Below, piece after piece: positions 60,403 through 64,000 of a DNA stretch of 64,000 nucleotides. The DNA lies in the NCBI RefSeq assembly GCF_003334815.1, contig NZ_QOWO01000007.1; one strand, written 5' to 3'. Position 1 is the first letter of the stretch; each line of letters opens with the position of its first letter. Source of the DNA: Escherichia coli. Its GTDB lineage: Bacteria > Pseudomonadota > Gammaproteobacteria > Enterobacterales > Enterobacteriaceae. Under the pieces are notes generated by a model, which saw only the letters and a program-made list of their open reading frames with translations, had not been told where the DNA came from and made no database searches. Position numbers and translations under genes: made by a program.

Positions 60403-61944
60403 ATGCGTCTGGAAGTCTTTTGTGAAGACCGACTCGGTCTGACCCGCGAATTACTCGATCTACTCGTGCTAAGAGGCATTGATTTACGCGGTATTGAGAT
60501 TGATCCCATTGGGCGAATCTACCTCAATTTTGCTGAACTGGAGTTTGAGAGTTTCAGCAGTCTGATGGCCGAAATACGCCGTATTGCGGGTGTTACCGAT
60601 GTGCGTACTGTCCCGTGGATGCCTTCCGAACGTGAGCATCTGGCGTTGAGCGCGTTACTGGAGGCGTTGCCTGAACCTGTGCTCTCTGTCGATATGAAAA
60701 GCAAAGTGGATATGGCGAACCCGGCGAGCTGTCAGCTTTTTGGGCAAAAATTGGATCGCCTGCGCAACCATACCGCCGCACAATTGATTAACGGCTTTAA
60801 TTTTTTACGTTGGCTGGAAAGCGAACCGCAAGATTCGCATAACGAGCATGTCGTTATTAATGGGCAGAATTTCCTGATGGAGATTACGCCTGTTTATCTT
60901 CAGGATGAAAATGATCAACACGTCCTGACCGGTGCGGTGGTGATGTTGCGATCAACGATTCGTATGGGCCGCCAGTTGCAAAATGTCGCCGCCCAGGACG
61001 TCAGCGCCTTCAGTCAAATTGTCGCCGTCAGCCCGAAAATGAAGCATGTTGTCGAACAGGCGCAGAAACTGGCGATGCTAAGCGCGCCGCTGCTGATTAC
61101 GGGTGACACAGGTACAGGTAAAGATCTCTTTGCCTACGCCTGCCATCAGGCAAGCCCCAGAGCGGGCAAACCTTACCTGGCGCTGAACTGTGCGTCTATA
61201 CCGGAAGATGCGGTCGAGAGTGAACTGTTTGGTCATGCTCCGGAAGGGAAGAAAGGATTCTTTGAGCAGGCGAACGGTGGTTCGGTGCTGTTGGATGAAA
61301 TAGGGGAAATGTCACCACGGATGCAGGCGAAATTACTGCGTTTCCTTAATGATGGCACTTTCCGTCGGGTTGGCGAAGACCATGAGGTGCATGTCGATGT
61401 GCGGGTGATTTGCGCTACGCAGAAGAATCTGGTCGAACTGGTGCAAAAAGGCATGTTCCGTGAAGATCTCTATTATCGTCTGAACGTGTTGACGCTCAAT
61501 CTGCCGCCGCTACGTGACTGTCCGCAGGACATCATGCCGTTAACTGAGCTGTTCGTCGCCCGCTTTGCCGACGAGCAGGGCGTGCCGCGTCCGAAACTGG
61601 CCGCTGACCTGAATACTGTACTTACGCGTTATGCGTGGCCGGGAAATGTGCGGCAGTTAAAGAACGCTATCTATCGCGCACTGACACAACTGGACGGTTA
61701 TGAGCTGCGTCCACAGGATATTTTGTTGCCGGATTATGACGCCGCAACGGTAGCCGTGGGCGAAGATGCGATGGAAGGTTCGCTGGACGAAATCACCAGC
61801 CGTTTTGAACGCTCGGTATTAACCCAGCTTTATCGCAATTATCCCAGCACGCGCAAACTGGCAAAACGTCTCGGCGTTTCACATACCGCGATTGCCAATA
61901 AGTTGCGGGAATATGGTCTGAGTCAGAAGAAGAACGAAGAGTAA
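60403..61944 (+). CDS. tyrR: Aromatic amino acid regulator TyrR (ACT-PAS-AAA+-HTH)
   Basis: 513 aa from ATG 60403 (MRLEVFCEDRLGLTRELLDLL...), with Walker A GDTGTGKD and a C-terminal HTH. The track start at 60376 is an extension. Confidence 0.96.
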   Translation: MRLEVFCEDRLGLTRELLDLLVLRGIDLRGIEIDPIGRIYLNFAELEFESFSSLMAEIRRIAGVTDVRTVPWMPSEREHLALSALLEALPEPVLSVDMKSKVDMANPASCQLFGQKLDRLRNHTAAQLINGFNFLRWLESEPQDSHNEHVVINGQNFLMEITPVYLQDENDQHVLTGAVVMLRSTIRMGRQLQNVAAQDVSAFSQIVAVSPKMKHVVEQAQKLAMLSAPLLITGDTGTGKDLFAYACHQASPRAGKPYLALNCASIPEDAVESELFGHAPEGKKGFFEQANGGSVLLDEIGEMSPRMQAKLLRFLNDGTFRRVGEDHEVHVDVRVICATQKNLVELVQKGMFREDLYYRLNVLTLNLPPLRDCPQDIMPLTELFVARFADEQGVPRPKLAADLNTVLTRYAWPGNVRQLKNAIYRALTQLDGYELRPQDILLPDYDAATVAVGEDAMEGSLDEITSRFERSVLTQLYRNYPSTRKLAKRLGVSHTAIANKLREYGLSQKKNEE

Positions 61945-61949
61945 GCGCG

Positions 61950-61984
61950 AATATGCCTGATGGTGCAACACCATCAGGCATATT
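61950..61984. terminator. Perfect 16-bp bidirectional terminator hairpin between tyrR and tpx
   Basis: aatatgcctgatggtg-caa-caccatcaggcatatt read directly. Confidence 0.8.
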
Positions 61985-61987
61985 AAA

Positions 61988-62494
61988 TTATGCTTTCAGT
62001 ACAGCCAGAGCTGCTTCGTAATCCGGCTCGGTGGTGATTTCATCCACCAGCTGGCTGAAAATCACATTGTCATTTTCGTCAATAACCACAACGGCACGCG
62101 CTGCCAGACCTTTCAGTGGGCCATCAGCAATTGCCACACCGTAAGCTTGCAGAAATTCAGCGTTACGGAAAGTGGAGAGGGTGATAACGTTGTTCAGACC
62201 TTCTGCGCCGCAGAAACGAGACTGGGCGAACGGCAGATCGGCAGAGATACACAGCACAACGGTGTTGTCGATCTCAGTTGCCAGTTGGTTAAACTTACGT
62301 ACTGATGCGGCGCAAACACCGGTATCAATACTCGGGAAAATGTTCAGCACTTTGCGTTTACCCGCAAACTGACCGAGGGTGACGTCAGACAGATCTTTTG
62401 CCACGAGAGTAAAAGTCTGCGCTTTGCTACCCGCCTGCGGGATGGAATTGGCGACTGTAACCGGGTTGCCCTGGAAATGAACGGTTTGTGACAT
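61988..62494 (-). CDS. tpx: Thiol peroxidase Tpx (atypical 2-Cys peroxiredoxin)
   Basis: 168-aa ORF with peroxidatic Cys context SIDTGVCA and resolving Cys in RFCGAEG. Confidence 0.96.
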   Translation of the reverse strand: MSQTVHFQGNPVTVANSIPQAGSKAQTFTLVAKDLSDVTLGQFAGKRKVLNIFPSIDTGVCAASVRKFNQLATEIDNTVVLCISADLPFAQSRFCGAEGLNNVITLSTFRNAEFLQAYGVAIADGPLKGLAARAVVVIDENDNVIFSQLVDEITTEPDYEAALAVLKA

Positions 62495-62602
62495 GATTAT
62501 CTTTCCTGTTTACATATAGTTAACGTCACACCTAGTTTATGCTAACTGTCAATAACACAGCAAACGCTATTTGCGCTTAATCCGCAGACCACCGCGACAA
62601 CA

Positions 62603-63552
<950 letters not shown>

Positions 63553-63578
<26 letters not shown>

Positions 63579-64000
63579 GATGCCAGCGCAGCAAGTTTGC
63601 CATCGCAAAGAGATATTTTTCGCTGGCTTCGTCGGAGGAGATGGGCGGAAACTCTGCGGTGATGCAATGCAAGTTCAGATCTGCACACCAACTGCCGAAA
63701 GAGCCAGGCGTTTCATAACCGACGCTGGTTACCAGAGGCAATTCAAACGCCTGAGCCAGCCATTCGCCTAATTCGCTGTGTCTGGGATCTTCAATACAGG
63801 CCAGTGGATCGTGGAATGAGACCACCCAGGCAGGTTGAATGCGGTGTATAAGCTGGCACAGCGCCTGGGTTTCAGGTTCGGAGCCAGGTTTGTCACCTGT
63901 CAGTAATACGACATCGCGTTCTTCAGCGGCGCTGTTCCAGCGATAAACGGTTTCACCTTCCTTCCAGTTCGCCGCCGGAAAGTTTCTGTTTAAATCCACA
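63553..64000 (-). CDS. mpaA: Murein tripeptide amidase MpaA (M14-like), C-terminal part; the 5' end lies beyond the window
   Basis: The frame is open to the right window edge and the first Met in the track ORF is internal. Sequence: ...VVSFHDPLACIEDPRHSELGEWLAQAFELPLVTSVGYETPGSFGSWCAD... Confidence 0.85.

Overview
This 64-kb window reads as core Escherichia coli chromosome with K-12 gene order; gene identities come from my recognition of the translated ORFs, with no database search. The order is yciQ' (3' end), rluB, btuR, yciK, sohB, yciN, topA, cysB, ymiA/yciX/(ymiC), acnA, ribA, pgpB, lapA-lapB, pyrF-yciH, osmB, yciT, yciZ, pdeR, rnb, yciW, fabI, ycjD, sapFDCBA, ymjA, puuP-puuA / puuDRCBE, pspF / pspABCDE, ycjMNOPQRSTUV-ompG, ycjW, ycjX-ycjF, tyrR, tpx, ycjG, mpaA' (3' part). 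I call 63 protein-coding regions. Twelve ORF-track starts were trimmed to the start that has a Shine-Dalgarno sequence and matches the protein I recognise. By eye I found no tRNA, rRNA, CRISPR array, IS element, integrase or phage gene. Non-coding content consists of REP/BIME repeats, one ERIC/IRU element, Box C-like repeats, several strong intrinsic-terminator hairpins, the sigma54 pspA promoter, a TyrR box, repeated PuuR-type motifs and a repeated LacI-type operator candidate for YcjW. I do not see convincing evidence for a previously undescribed system; this is a well-mapped housekeeping and accessory-metabolism region. The least understood parts, and those most worth a second look, are listed here. 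(1) The 11-gene ycjM-ompG carbohydrate cluster, with an identical 15-nt operator-like sequence before ycjM and inside the 3' end of ycjT. (2) The overlapping ycjX (P-loop NTPase) / ycjF (membrane protein) pair. (3) The orphan DUF559 gene ycjD, whose 3' end is rearranged around inverted Box C-like repeats and whose start codon sits in a 16-bp perfect hairpin. (4) The contiguous sap / ymjA / puu polyamine neighbourhood. (5) Small ORFs upstream of acnA and in the rnb-pdeR spacer.
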